A stretch of 64,000 nt of DNA from positions 23,170 through 87,169 of IMG/VR virus record IMGVR_UViG_3300044712_000936; one strand, 5' to 3'. Made by a program: the position numbers and the translations under genes. The notes beneath the pieces are model-generated. The model saw only the letters and a program-made list of their open reading frames with translations, was not told where the DNA came from and ran no database searches. Of this stretch, positions 32,245 through 40,837 are shown in pieces; the first letter of the stretch is position 1, and each line of letters starts with the position of its first letter. Source of the DNA: a virus.

Positions 32245-33492
32245 ATGGACATAAAAGAAACTACCAAAATTGCAGAAAGTCACAAGCATTATTCGCGGGA
32301 CACGATTCGTAATGCTGTGATGTACATCAAAGATAAGTACCGCGTCGGAATCTATGTGGGCAATTTTAGTAAACTCTGTGAGTCTATCGAAGCAAGCGAA
32401 AATGACAAAAATGCCCCTAAGCCAGCCAAGTTAGTTGCTAAGGAATTTTTAACCTATCATGGTATCCATTTAACGGCTGATGATAAAGCGGTAATTGGTA
32501 AAATGTTCGCTGATTCTATCCGTAAATCGTCCTATAAAGTTTCCCTAACTCTAGGTTGCGATGGATCAGCAAAGGACTATTATCACGCTGATTCTTGTTG
32601 GTGGGGTGGCTACTCCGATTCGCGGGAATATGTCGCCTATAACGGTGGTGGTGCTATCCGTGCTTATGATCCTGAGACTAACAAACTGTGTGGGCGTGTG
32701 TGGTTCCTTCCGGCTGATGATGGGATTGTTATCTTTAACAGCTATGGGGTAAACGAACTACAGCACACAGAATCATGGGCAACTATAGCCTCTGAATTGT
32801 TATCCGCCCCCTATTGTAAATGTACTTTACATTTGCAGCACGATCAGTATTTTTTCTTGAATGCTGGCGTGTATATCTATGTAGGTCCGAAAGTTGAACC
32901 AGATAAGCGAATCACGATCACCCTCGAGGAGTTTGACGAAAGAATCTATGATGATTCTGTTTACGCTTATTGCTCTGATTGTGATTGTGAGATTAGAAAC
33001 GAGGACGATGCTTACTACACTGTTAACGGTACAGTGTGCGAAAGTTGCTTTGATAGTTACGTATGTGTAGAATCAGAGGGCGGAGACTATTACCCTGAGG
33101 ATGATTGTGTCTATTTGCTTCATGGGCGTTATTCGGAATGGTTTCTAACGGATAGCTCTGATGTAGTCTCAACTATTAATGGTGCGTATGAATTAGTAGA
33201 AAACTGCATTGAGGACGTTTACGGCAATTATTATCAGATGGATGATGATATTGACGATGTATTTCTGTGTGATGCTACAGAAGAATACTACCCTATTAGC
33301 GAACTTCTGACCCTTGCTGATGGTCGTCACATTGCCGAGTCGAACTATGATCGGGATGAATACGGGCCACTAGAGGGAGAAGAACCAGAAGAGGACGATG
33401 ACGAACCAGAGATCGCCCCTGTAGTTTTGCCCCTCCTTTCTGTAGGCTACTTTGGTTACATTCACTTTCAACTTCCGAACCTTGTATATTAG
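32245..33492 (+). CDS. Unknown family YYHxxSCW protein, paralogue 2, acidic Cys-rich tail
   Basis: Same core as 28467-29744. Confidence 0.8.
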   Translation: MDIKETTKIAESHKHYSRDTIRNAVMYIKDKYRVGIYVGNFSKLCESIEASENDKNAPKPAKLVAKEFLTYHGIHLTADDKAVIGKMFADSIRKSSYKVSLTLGCDGSAKDYYHADSCWWGGYSDSREYVAYNGGGAIRAYDPETNKLCGRVWFLPADDGIVIFNSYGVNELQHTESWATIASELLSAPYCKCTLHLQHDQYFFLNAGVYIYVGPKVEPDKRITITLEEFDERIYDDSVYAYCSDCDCEIRNEDDAYYTVNGTVCESCFDSYVCVESEGGDYYPEDDCVYLLHGRYSEWFLTDSSDVVSTINGAYELVENCIEDVYGNYYQMDDDIDDVFLCDATEEYYPISELLTLADGRHIAESNYDRDEYGPLEGEEPEEDDDEPEIAPVVLPLLSVGYFGYIHFQLPNLVY

Positions 33493-33842
33493 CGTGCTAG
33501 ACGCGCTGTAGTGCCCCTAAATGGGGCATTACGGTTTACACAGGTATCGTCTACCGTGTACTATCAGAATTGAGGCAAGCATGGCGAATAAACAGATCAG
33601 ATATATCACGACTTATACAGGATACAACGACCACACTGGCAACGTTGACACGACTATTAATGTTGAACGAACAGACGGATCTGTGCGAACGTTTGAGTTG
33701 GCTAGTTTTGCCAACTGTGCTCGAATTCAGAATATCTATAATACCCATAATTTAAATACTAAAATTAACGTTTATCCTGGTGCTACCTTTGTTATGTGGT
33801 GTAGGTTTTGGGTAGACTACTATGCTTTGACAGGTAAAAATT

Positions 33843-34337
33843 ATGATCAACAAACAGCTAAGACCAGCCCCACGCCACAATAGACCAAACAGGCGTGAAA
33901 CTTATTATCTAGTGGCGTGCCAGATCTGTGGCAAGGATCGCTGGCTGAGAAAATCTGATATTGGAACAGCGTGCAGATCCTGTGCTATGAGATTCCGCGA
34001 CAAAACTTCTCTATTAAGGGCAGTACAACGGAAACAGCGTATGGCCCCTAGCAAGCCAGAGGCTACCGTTTTAGATTGGTTGACGAGAATCGGCGTGCAG
34101 TTTGAGCATCAGGCGATCTTCGATGACAGCGTGTTAGATTTTCGACTAGGATCGGCGTATGTCGAAGTTAACGGTTACTGGCATTTGCACAATCCTCGCA
34201 AGATACAAAAAGATCAGCGTATAGCGGAACAGCTAGGTAAAAACTTGCTGGTTATCGATGCAAAAGATGTTGTTGAGAAACCTGTAAAAGCTTACCTTTC
34301 TTTAATCCAGTTTATTACGACAGCGTGCAACGTATAG
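33843..34337 (+). CDS. Zinc ribbon plus DUF559/Vsr-like endonuclease
   Basis: CQIC..CRSC; SKPE..V..WL; LDF...VEVNGYWH...KDQR. Confidence 0.7.
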   Translation: MINKQLRPAPRHNRPNRRETYYLVACQICGKDRWLRKSDIGTACRSCAMRFRDKTSLLRAVQRKQRMAPSKPEATVLDWLTRIGVQFEHQAIFDDSVLDFRLGSAYVEVNGYWHLHNPRKIQKDQRIAEQLGKNLLVIDAKDVVEKPVKAYLSLIQFITTACNV

Positions 34338-35084
34338 GAGTCATAATGCCTAAATTGACGGACTTTGAACGAGGGACAATCGTTAGAGTTATTAAACCCT
34401 TTGATGCTGATCGAACACCGTGCCCCCAAAAAGGCACAGTAGGTATTGTGTACCGGGTAGATGATGATGGTTTTATCTGTGTGGCTTTCTTTCTACCGAT
34501 GTGGGATACACGCGGTAACGAGTGGTTATCTCAGGGCAATAATAGCATATTTATGCGATTGCGTTTCTTTCCTGATGAACTAGAGATCGTTGACGTTTTG
34601 TAAGTGATTAATAATTGAACAGCGTGCAACAAAACAGGAGTATAAAATGGATCATACAGAATGCATAATTTGGAACATATTTATATTAATACTTTCTTTC
34701 GGTTCGATTATATTGGCAAGCACTATATCTGGTCTGTTGATGATCGTGCTAGGTACAGTGGGAGTCTTTGGTTTGTATTTTAGCGTCATATCCCTCGCTA
34801 CTCTGTTAGGCGACGATTATAAATAAGGAGAAATTATGTATACAAATAGGTTTTTTATAATGGCGTTGTTAATGACGCTGTTCTATAGCAAGGCAAACGA
34901 TAAGTTAGAATTCAGTATTGTTGTTATTGCTATGTTCGTAATATACAGCCTATCGGCTATTGCTGACGAGTTACACAATATCAATAAACATCTAAGCAAA
35001 AAATAACGTGCAACGAATTGTCAAACCCTTAAGATAGGCCTCTGTAGTGGAGACATACCTTAAGGGAATCTCCTACCTTTTCTC

Positions 35085-35112
35085 TTGACTTAACGTGCAA
35101 CTGTGGTATAAT
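35085..35112 (+). promoter_or_regulatory. Promoter with a CGTGCAAC motif in its spacer
   Basis: TTGACT-16 nt-TATAAT with extended -10 TG. Confidence 0.7.
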
Positions 35113-35153
35113 TGTAATTAGAGTAAAAGACAGGGTAAAGGATAAACCTACTT

Positions 35154-36119
35154 ATGATGATTCAAGACGGTTACACACAGATTTACTCTGGTTTCGCGGG
35201 TGTTTCTCGTCGTTGTCTGGATAACGTCTATACGTGGTTGATTAACCGCTACAATGTCAGTAATCCAGCACAATACGAACACTTTAACGCTTTTGTAGAA
35301 ACCGTGCAGAAAACGGAATCGCGCCCAACTAAGGCTATCTGCAAATTTTTCCACGACGTTTTTAACGTGGACATTAATTCATATGACAAGGCAACAGCCG
35401 GAACATATATCCGTAAAAATTCCCTCATGGGATCCTACAAATTCGTTTTTACCTACGGTTGTGCTGGCAATGCTGCTGATTATTACCACAGTAATTCCTG
35501 TTGGTTCCACGAGTATCCAACTTCGCGTGATATGCTTGAGGGAAATGGTGGGGGTGCAATTCGGGCCTACACTGTTGATACCAACGACATTACTGGTCGG
35601 GTCTGGTTCTTGCCTCACGACGATGGTTTGGTGTTGTTCAACAGCTACGGACAGGGAGATTTACAGCATACCCAAACGTGGGGTGCTGTGGTAGCTCATT
35701 TGTTGGATACTTTGACCTGTGAAGCAAAACTGAATATTGACTCTCCCTATATGATTTACATTAACGGATCTAAAGCGGCATATGTAGGGCCAAAAGTAGT
35801 CAACGACACTAAGCAAATCGACGTCACATTGAAAACGCCCACTGTTTTCCATTACACTCCTGTGCAATACTGCCATGATTGTAATCGTGTTTTGGTTCGA
35901 GGTGGCGAACGAGTGTACATTAGTATGGCTGATTATTATGTATGTGATAAGTGCGTTGATCGTTATACCTATGTCCAAAACCGTGTAGGTATGTACCCCT
36001 CTCATATGTGTGTGAGAGTGTACGTTCACGGTGCATTTATCGGTAACTATTTGTGTACAGAACCGGGGATTGTTTACGACGAAAAAATGGGATACTATAC
36101 CTTTCGAGAACGAATGTAA
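35154..36119 (+). CDS. Unknown family YYHxxSCW protein, paralogue 3
   Basis: Same core (YYHSNSCWF, GGGAIRAY, GRVWFLP, LFNSYG). Confidence 0.8.
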   Translation: MMIQDGYTQIYSGFAGVSRRCLDNVYTWLINRYNVSNPAQYEHFNAFVETVQKTESRPTKAICKFFHDVFNVDINSYDKATAGTYIRKNSLMGSYKFVFTYGCAGNAADYYHSNSCWFHEYPTSRDMLEGNGGGAIRAYTVDTNDITGRVWFLPHDDGLVLFNSYGQGDLQHTQTWGAVVAHLLDTLTCEAKLNIDSPYMIYINGSKAAYVGPKVVNDTKQIDVTLKTPTVFHYTPVQYCHDCNRVLVRGGERVYISMADYYVCDKCVDRYTYVQNRVGMYPSHMCVRVYVHGAFIGNYLCTEPGIVYDEKMGYYTFRERM

Positions 36120-36137
36120 AACGGAAAAGAGAAAGCA

Positions 36138-37061
36138 ATGAAAACAAATCGACTACAAAAATACTGCAATGTTTCCATTGAACACCTACGCAAGATAGGA
36201 AAGTTTACGCCTTGTACTCGTGACGGTGCGGGATATACCTTTATTGATCGCGGATCAAATGTGCTGGCAGTAGCTCACATCGATACCGTGCAACAGGGAA
36301 CAAACTTTAAGGTTACTGGTTTAAATGGCGGTGCAGTGTACTCCCCTCGTTTGGATGATAGACTCGGCGCTTACACGATTATAGAATATCTACCATCGGT
36401 AGGTGTCAAAATGGACGTGCTGCTTTGTGAGGACGAAGAAACTATGCAAAGCACAGCGGCCTACTTTCAAACGCTAAAGAAATACAATTGGATGGTTGAG
36501 TTTGATCGCGGTGGTCGTGACACAGTTTTGTATCAATATCACTATGATAAAACCTTTTCTGATGAACTAGAACGACACGGTTTTATCTTGGGGCACGGAA
36601 CCTATAGCGATATTGCTGACTTGGGACATTTAGGCTGTTTAGGTGTGAATTGTTCGGCTGGTTATTACAATTACCATACCAAAGACGCCTTTGTTTTAGT
36701 TGAAGTGTGGCAGAAGTCAGTTGATAGTTTTGTCAGTTTCTATAACGATAACAAAGACACCTATTATCCTCACGACAAGACTAACGATTACTACAACGAA
36801 AGTTCACTGTGGGATCGGGACGATTACTACTACGGGACAGGCAAGTACGGTACTACGTATTATGGTAACAAAAAGAATAATCGTGCTCTGGTCAATGTAG
36901 AGTGGACTAAATGCCCTACCTGTGAAGAAGTCCGTACAGATCGGGCAGATCGTAACCTGATCGACTACTTTGGAATGTGTTCAGAGTGTTTGATTTACGT
37001 GGATCGTTATCAACAGAAGTACAATAAGAATCCTAATCCCCCCACTACTCAGGGGGGATGA
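36138..37061 (+). CDS. M28/M20-like zinc peptidase or amidohydrolase
   Basis: Metal-ligand series AHIDTV, LDDRLG, EDEE, EFDR, YSDI, GYYNYHT. Confidence 0.8.
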   Translation: MKTNRLQKYCNVSIEHLRKIGKFTPCTRDGAGYTFIDRGSNVLAVAHIDTVQQGTNFKVTGLNGGAVYSPRLDDRLGAYTIIEYLPSVGVKMDVLLCEDEETMQSTAAYFQTLKKYNWMVEFDRGGRDTVLYQYHYDKTFSDELERHGFILGHGTYSDIADLGHLGCLGVNCSAGYYNYHTKDAFVLVEVWQKSVDSFVSFYNDNKDTYYPHDKTNDYYNESSLWDRDDYYYGTGKYGTTYYGNKKNNRALVNVEWTKCPTCEEVRTDRADRNLIDYFGMCSECLIYVDRYQQKYNKNPNPPTTQGG

Positions 37062-38392
37062 TACCTATTGAGAGAAAGGCTATAACGATGGATTTAAAAG
37101 ATACGTCTTTTGTGTACACGACTGATGGTATGTCTTATGATCCAGATACCTTGTACAAGGCGTTAGAGTGGTTGCACCATTCACATCATATTGAGTGTTG
37201 CCCCTGCCATACCTTGCCAGCCATAAGCGAATACCTAGAAAATACCACAGCTAAACCAGCTAAAGCTATTTCTAAGTATTTTGCTGATCATTATGGTATT
37301 AAACTGGCGACAGAACAGCGTACAGAGTTTGGCAACCGGGTTAGCTGTGCTCGTATGGCACGCACCTATAAGGTGGTATTAACCCTCGGTTGTCAGGGTA
37401 ACTCGGATGATTATTATCATGAACGGTCTTGCTGGTGGGGTAGTTATAGCATTTCTCGTGACTTTGTTGAGTTTAACGGCGGCGGCGCTGTCCGTGTTTA
37501 CACCATAGATGGAGACATTCAGGGTAGAGTGTGGTTTTTGCCCTTCGATGATGGTATTGTTCTGTTTAATAGTTATGGTCTAGGCGAATTACAGCATGTA
37601 CATTCGTGGGGGCCAATAGTCGCACAGCTATTAGATACAGATTTTTGTAAGTCAACTATGGAAATTCTCAACAATCGGGGACATCTTTACATTAACAGTG
37701 AGGTTTCTGCTTATGTAGGGCCAAAAATTGTACCTATTTCAACTAAACACTGTAAGATTCGGCTATCTATCCCTGACAGGTTCGTATACAGCCCTGCTAG
37801 GGTCTGTAGTCATTGTGAAAGGGTATTTAGCGATGGCGGAGATGTTCGTTTGCTGGAATTTAATGATCAGTATGTTTGTGGAGGTTGCCTAGACGAATAT
37901 TATGCCTACGATGTGATAGATCGTATGTATAAGCCCAAAGAATTAATGCAAAAGGTTTGGGGCATGTTCCAATACTCTACGGCACGTCAAAAATGGTTTT
38001 CAGTTGTGCCAAGTGACGCGGTATATATAGATTCAATGGGCTATTGTTTACCAGATTGTTTGGTTGATGATGTTTATGGTACTCAACATCTAGTAGGATC
38101 TGGTACTTATTTTCGCTGTGACTTCTCCGATAAACTCTATCCTAGAAGTGAGTGGACAAGGACTGTATTAGGTGCGGTGGCTAAATCTGTTGTAGCTACC
38201 GACGAATTTAAAGCTAAGGTAGCTGAATACGAAAAGACGCAAGAGAAAGCCAGAGATGAGTGGAGACAGGAACGTCTTTTTCGCTCTACAGGAATAACAC
38301 AAAAGAGTGCGTCATTCAATTTTAAACCACCGTCTATTGACTGGGGAACACTGTTTACAAACTTTGTCGATGACGATCAGGACCATTCTTAA
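37058..38392 (+). CDS. Unknown family YYHxxSCW protein, paralogue 4
   Basis: Same core; overlaps the peptidase stop codon. Confidence 0.8.
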   Translation: MIPIERKAITMDLKDTSFVYTTDGMSYDPDTLYKALEWLHHSHHIECCPCHTLPAISEYLENTTAKPAKAISKYFADHYGIKLATEQRTEFGNRVSCARMARTYKVVLTLGCQGNSDDYYHERSCWWGSYSISRDFVEFNGGGAVRVYTIDGDIQGRVWFLPFDDGIVLFNSYGLGELQHVHSWGPIVAQLLDTDFCKSTMEILNNRGHLYINSEVSAYVGPKIVPISTKHCKIRLSIPDRFVYSPARVCSHCERVFSDGGDVRLLEFNDQYVCGGCLDEYYAYDVIDRMYKPKELMQKVWGMFQYSTARQKWFSVVPSDAVYIDSMGYCLPDCLVDDVYGTQHLVGSGTYFRCDFSDKLYPRSEWTRTVLGAVAKSVVATDEFKAKVAEYEKTQEKARDEWRQERLFRSTGITQKSASFNFKPPSIDWGTLFTNFVDDDQDHS

Positions 38393-39189
38393 CGGAGTGG
38401 TCCTCCACCATGAGAGGGGATCCTATGAAGATTCTTATTGAACAACAGGGATCGAAACAGCGTGCAACTTTTTGTGTTATTGTGCAAAAAGGTAAAACTA
38501 GTAAGAGTGTTTCCGGTATTTCTGATAAAGCAGTCATGAGGATTTTGCGGTGGATATGCAAGAAAAACTTTACTTATCAAGGTGCGACTTTTGATGTGGC
38601 ATCCGATACAGTTACGATTGTCTTTGTCGGGGAGATGGTTTCCAATGTTGCCTCTTAGTTTTGAAACTAAAGACATCGAGTGGACACGCGAGGAAATACG
38701 TGCTGTCTTAGACCTGATTAAAAAACAGGAACCTACGTTACTCAGGGTATCTATGCCCGATGCTTGGCTGTTCAAAAAGTCTTTGTACAAAGGCCAAACA
38801 TACTATATAGCACGGCGCATGACTTCTTTTAGCTGTGACGCTGTAACCACAACCTTCGATAACTTTATTGCTGAAATGGAGTCTTACTATGATCGCTACT
38901 ATGGGAGAGGGTATGAAAACTACCTTAAAAACAGTAGTTATTAAGTTCAACGATGTAAAGGACGGAAGTCACCCTGATCGTGTACATATGATTGAATATG
39001 TTTATGCTGATGGGACAACGTGCAGCTTGGCAGGAAACGATGATCTGGTGATGGGGGTTGTACTGACTCTTATGAAACTCGGTTTATCGAACCAGCGTGC
39101 AGCACAGGAATTAGTGGACAATTCTAGCGGTGAACCTGTGGTTGTTGAGGACGATGTGCAACCGCTGGTGGCAGAATACGTACTGCAAT

Positions 39190-39222
39190 AAAAAAAGAAC
39201 CCGGCTCATCACCGGGTTTTTT
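39190..39222. terminator. Bidirectional terminator between convergent genes
   Basis: A-tract, AACCCGG-CTCATCA-CCGGGTT, T-tract. Confidence 0.8.
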
Positions 39223-39228
39223 GTTTGT

Positions 39229-40065
39229 CTACAATGTACAGGCGTTGTTTGTGTGTTTGGTATGGGCAATTCTAGCACCTTTCGGCGTAGAGGTATAGCC
39301 ATCTTTACCACATTCACATTCCCAACGATACCGCTTCTTTTTTGGATTACTGGGGATATAACTGATATATTCTGGTAAACCATAGATAATCTTGTTTGGC
39401 TCTGGCAGCTGCTTTTGTTTAGGCTCTGAGATTAGGGGTACAGAATCACTAACAGGCTGATCAATAACCGGATCGGCGTGCAACGTTATAGTCAGTAATT
39501 GGCGTCGAAGTTTCTGTACATATTCAGCCTGTAATTCATCGGCAATGTTCATGATAGCCAATTCCATTTGTTTGTTTTTAACGGTTCGCTGTTTTTCACT
39601 CAGCTGGCGTGCATCTTTTCTTTCTTGTCTAACCTTGTCTCGTTCAAAAAAGATTTCCCAGTGAGAATCCTTGTAGGCTCTCCAATCAGCTACAAACCAG
39701 CCTGTTGTCACCACCGTCATGATACCTAAACCAATACGAGGGGCAAAGGCCATCAGTCCACTGTCCTTGAAGCCAATGACCACGATGGATAAATAGAGCG
39801 CAAATAGACCCATCACGTAGGCCCACCGTACCGCTATAGTCTCATCGTCCCTTATTGGCTCCTCGAGAAAGCCAAGTAAAGCAATATACATAATATCAAT
39901 CAGAAACACAGCTAATATTGTTGCTGTAGTTGCTACAAATTCACCGTGCCCTCTCAACTCTTGCTTAAAAATGTCCCATGTAGAAACCGAATTAAACGCG
40001 GTTCCTGCAACCTTAGCGATCAACCACAACTGTTTATTAGTAATGTTTTTTATAAAGTTCTTCAT
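39229..40065 (-). CDS. Multi-TM membrane protein with coiled coil and C-terminal C2H2-like finger
   Basis: About four hydrophobic segments; CECG...AHTKH; opposite strand to the surrounding block. Confidence 0.65.
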   Translation of the reverse strand: MKNFIKNITNKQLWLIAKVAGTAFNSVSTWDIFKQELRGHGEFVATTATILAVFLIDIMYIALLGFLEEPIRDDETIAVRWAYVMGLFALYLSIVVIGFKDSGLMAFAPRIGLGIMTVVTTGWFVADWRAYKDSHWEIFFERDKVRQERKDARQLSEKQRTVKNKQMELAIMNIADELQAEYVQKLRRQLLTITLHADPVIDQPVSDSVPLISEPKQKQLPEPNKIIYGLPEYISYIPSNPKKKRYRWECECGKDGYTSTPKGARIAHTKHTNNACTL

Positions 40066-40105
40066 GTGAGATTAACCTTCCGCTATGATGGATAATAATA
40101 CTTTA

Positions 40106-40134
40106 ATTATATCATCGTTTTGTTTAGAATGCAA
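40106..40134 (-). promoter_or_regulatory. Promoter for the minus-strand membrane protein
   Basis: TTGCAT-17 nt-TATAAT. Confidence 0.65.
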
Positions 40135-40330
40135 GAGGTATTTATTCTTTTTTAATTGTTACAGCGTAGGTGACTATATTAAGTACATCCTGTACATTAT
40201 TTATGATAATACGATTAGCGGAAACAGCGTGCAACACTAGAAAAACAAGAAGTAAATTAGTGATAAAGGAGAGCACCAGCAGTAAAATAAGTATCATTGT
40301 TAGAATCCCGTTATAAAATAGATGAAAGGC

Positions 40331-40359
40331 TTGACAAACATTCAACTGTATAGTATTAT
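40331..40359 (+). promoter_or_regulatory. Promoter for the Y RNA array / Ro60 unit
   Basis: TTGACA-17 nt-TATTAT; predicted start about 40366, coinciding with the first RNA stem. Confidence 0.8.
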
Positions 40360-40366
40360 ATATCTA

Positions 40367-40461
40367 ACGTGGCCTGACAAAAAGCCTTTGCCTTGTCGGT
40401 TCGGTTGTAAACATTATGTGATCCTCCTTTCGAGTTTGGACTATGTAGTGTCAGGCCATGT
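40367..40461 (+). ncRNA. Stem-closed 95-nt RNA containing anti-SD-like GATCCTCCTTT
   Basis: 13-bp closing stem ACGTGGCCTGACA/TGTCAGGCCATGT beginning at the predicted TSS. Confidence 0.55.
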
Positions 40462-40478
40462 TTTCTTAGACCGTATAT

Positions 40479-40602
40479 TGCGGGTCGTTTGGTGTACGTT
40501 ACCGATGCTAACGGAGTGGTTAGAGGTTCGAATCCTTTACCCCGGCAACGGGGTTAGCTCAATTGGTAGAGCACTTAACCGTATACCTACCTATTATCCG
40601 CA
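40479..40602 (+). ncRNA. yrlA: Y RNA, YrlA type (tRNA mimic)
   Basis: Bulged-C stem TGCGGGT(C)G/TATCCGCA; second helix GGTGTACG/CGTATACC; permuted tRNA domain with T arm AGAGG-TTCGAAT-CCTTT, acceptor-like hairpin ACCCCG-GCAA-CGGGGT, D arm GCTC-AATTGGTA-GAGC; upstream of Ro60. Confidence 0.9.
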
Positions 40603-40617
40603 TGGTAATGAAAATGA

Positions 40618-40681
40618 ATCGGGTCGAATCGTTTTGGTTATCCTTTGACGATAATCACCAAGACGAGACAATTTATCCGGT
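40618..40681 (+). ncRNA. Short Y RNA (64 nt), Ro-binding module with minimal loop
   Basis: ATCGGGT(C)GAA/TTTATCCGGT bulged stem; TCGTTTTGGT/ACCAAGACGA; shared GGTTATC motif. Confidence 0.75.
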
Positions 40682-40696
40682 GATATAGCTTTGTAG

Positions 40697-40779
40697 TTTT
40701 GGGTCGCTGTATCAGGGTTATCTTATATCTGGCTACACGCTAGTGATAAACAACCACCCTGTACGACTTTAACCCGAAA
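40697..40779 (+). ncRNA. Short Y RNA (about 83 nt)
   Basis: TTTTGGGTCG/TAACCCGAAA; GTA(T)CAGGGT/ACCCTGTAC; shared GGTTATC motif; apical CTGGC/GCTAG hairpin. Confidence 0.7.
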
Positions 40780-40782
40780 ATG

Positions 40783-40814
40783 AGCAGACCGGAATTATTC
40801 CTGTCTGCTTTTTT
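40783..40814 (+). terminator. Intrinsic terminator between Y RNA array and Ro60 gene
   Basis: AGCAGAC.GGAA-TTA-TTCC.GTCTGCT followed by a T-run. Confidence 0.75.
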
Positions 40815-40837
40815 ATTTATATAGCTAGGAGCTAAAA

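Noticed and set aside
28467-38392. Diversity-generating retroelement behind the four paralogues
   Set aside because: No reverse transcriptase in the window, and copies differ throughout rather than only at adenines
40515-40575. Conventional or pseudo tRNA gene
   Set aside because: T arm precedes D arm and the acceptor stem is capped by a GCAA loop inside a Ro-binding stem, which is YrlA architecture
40322-40648. 108-aa ORF in the track
   Set aside because: Starts upstream of the -35 box and runs through the structured RNAs; better explained as ncRNA
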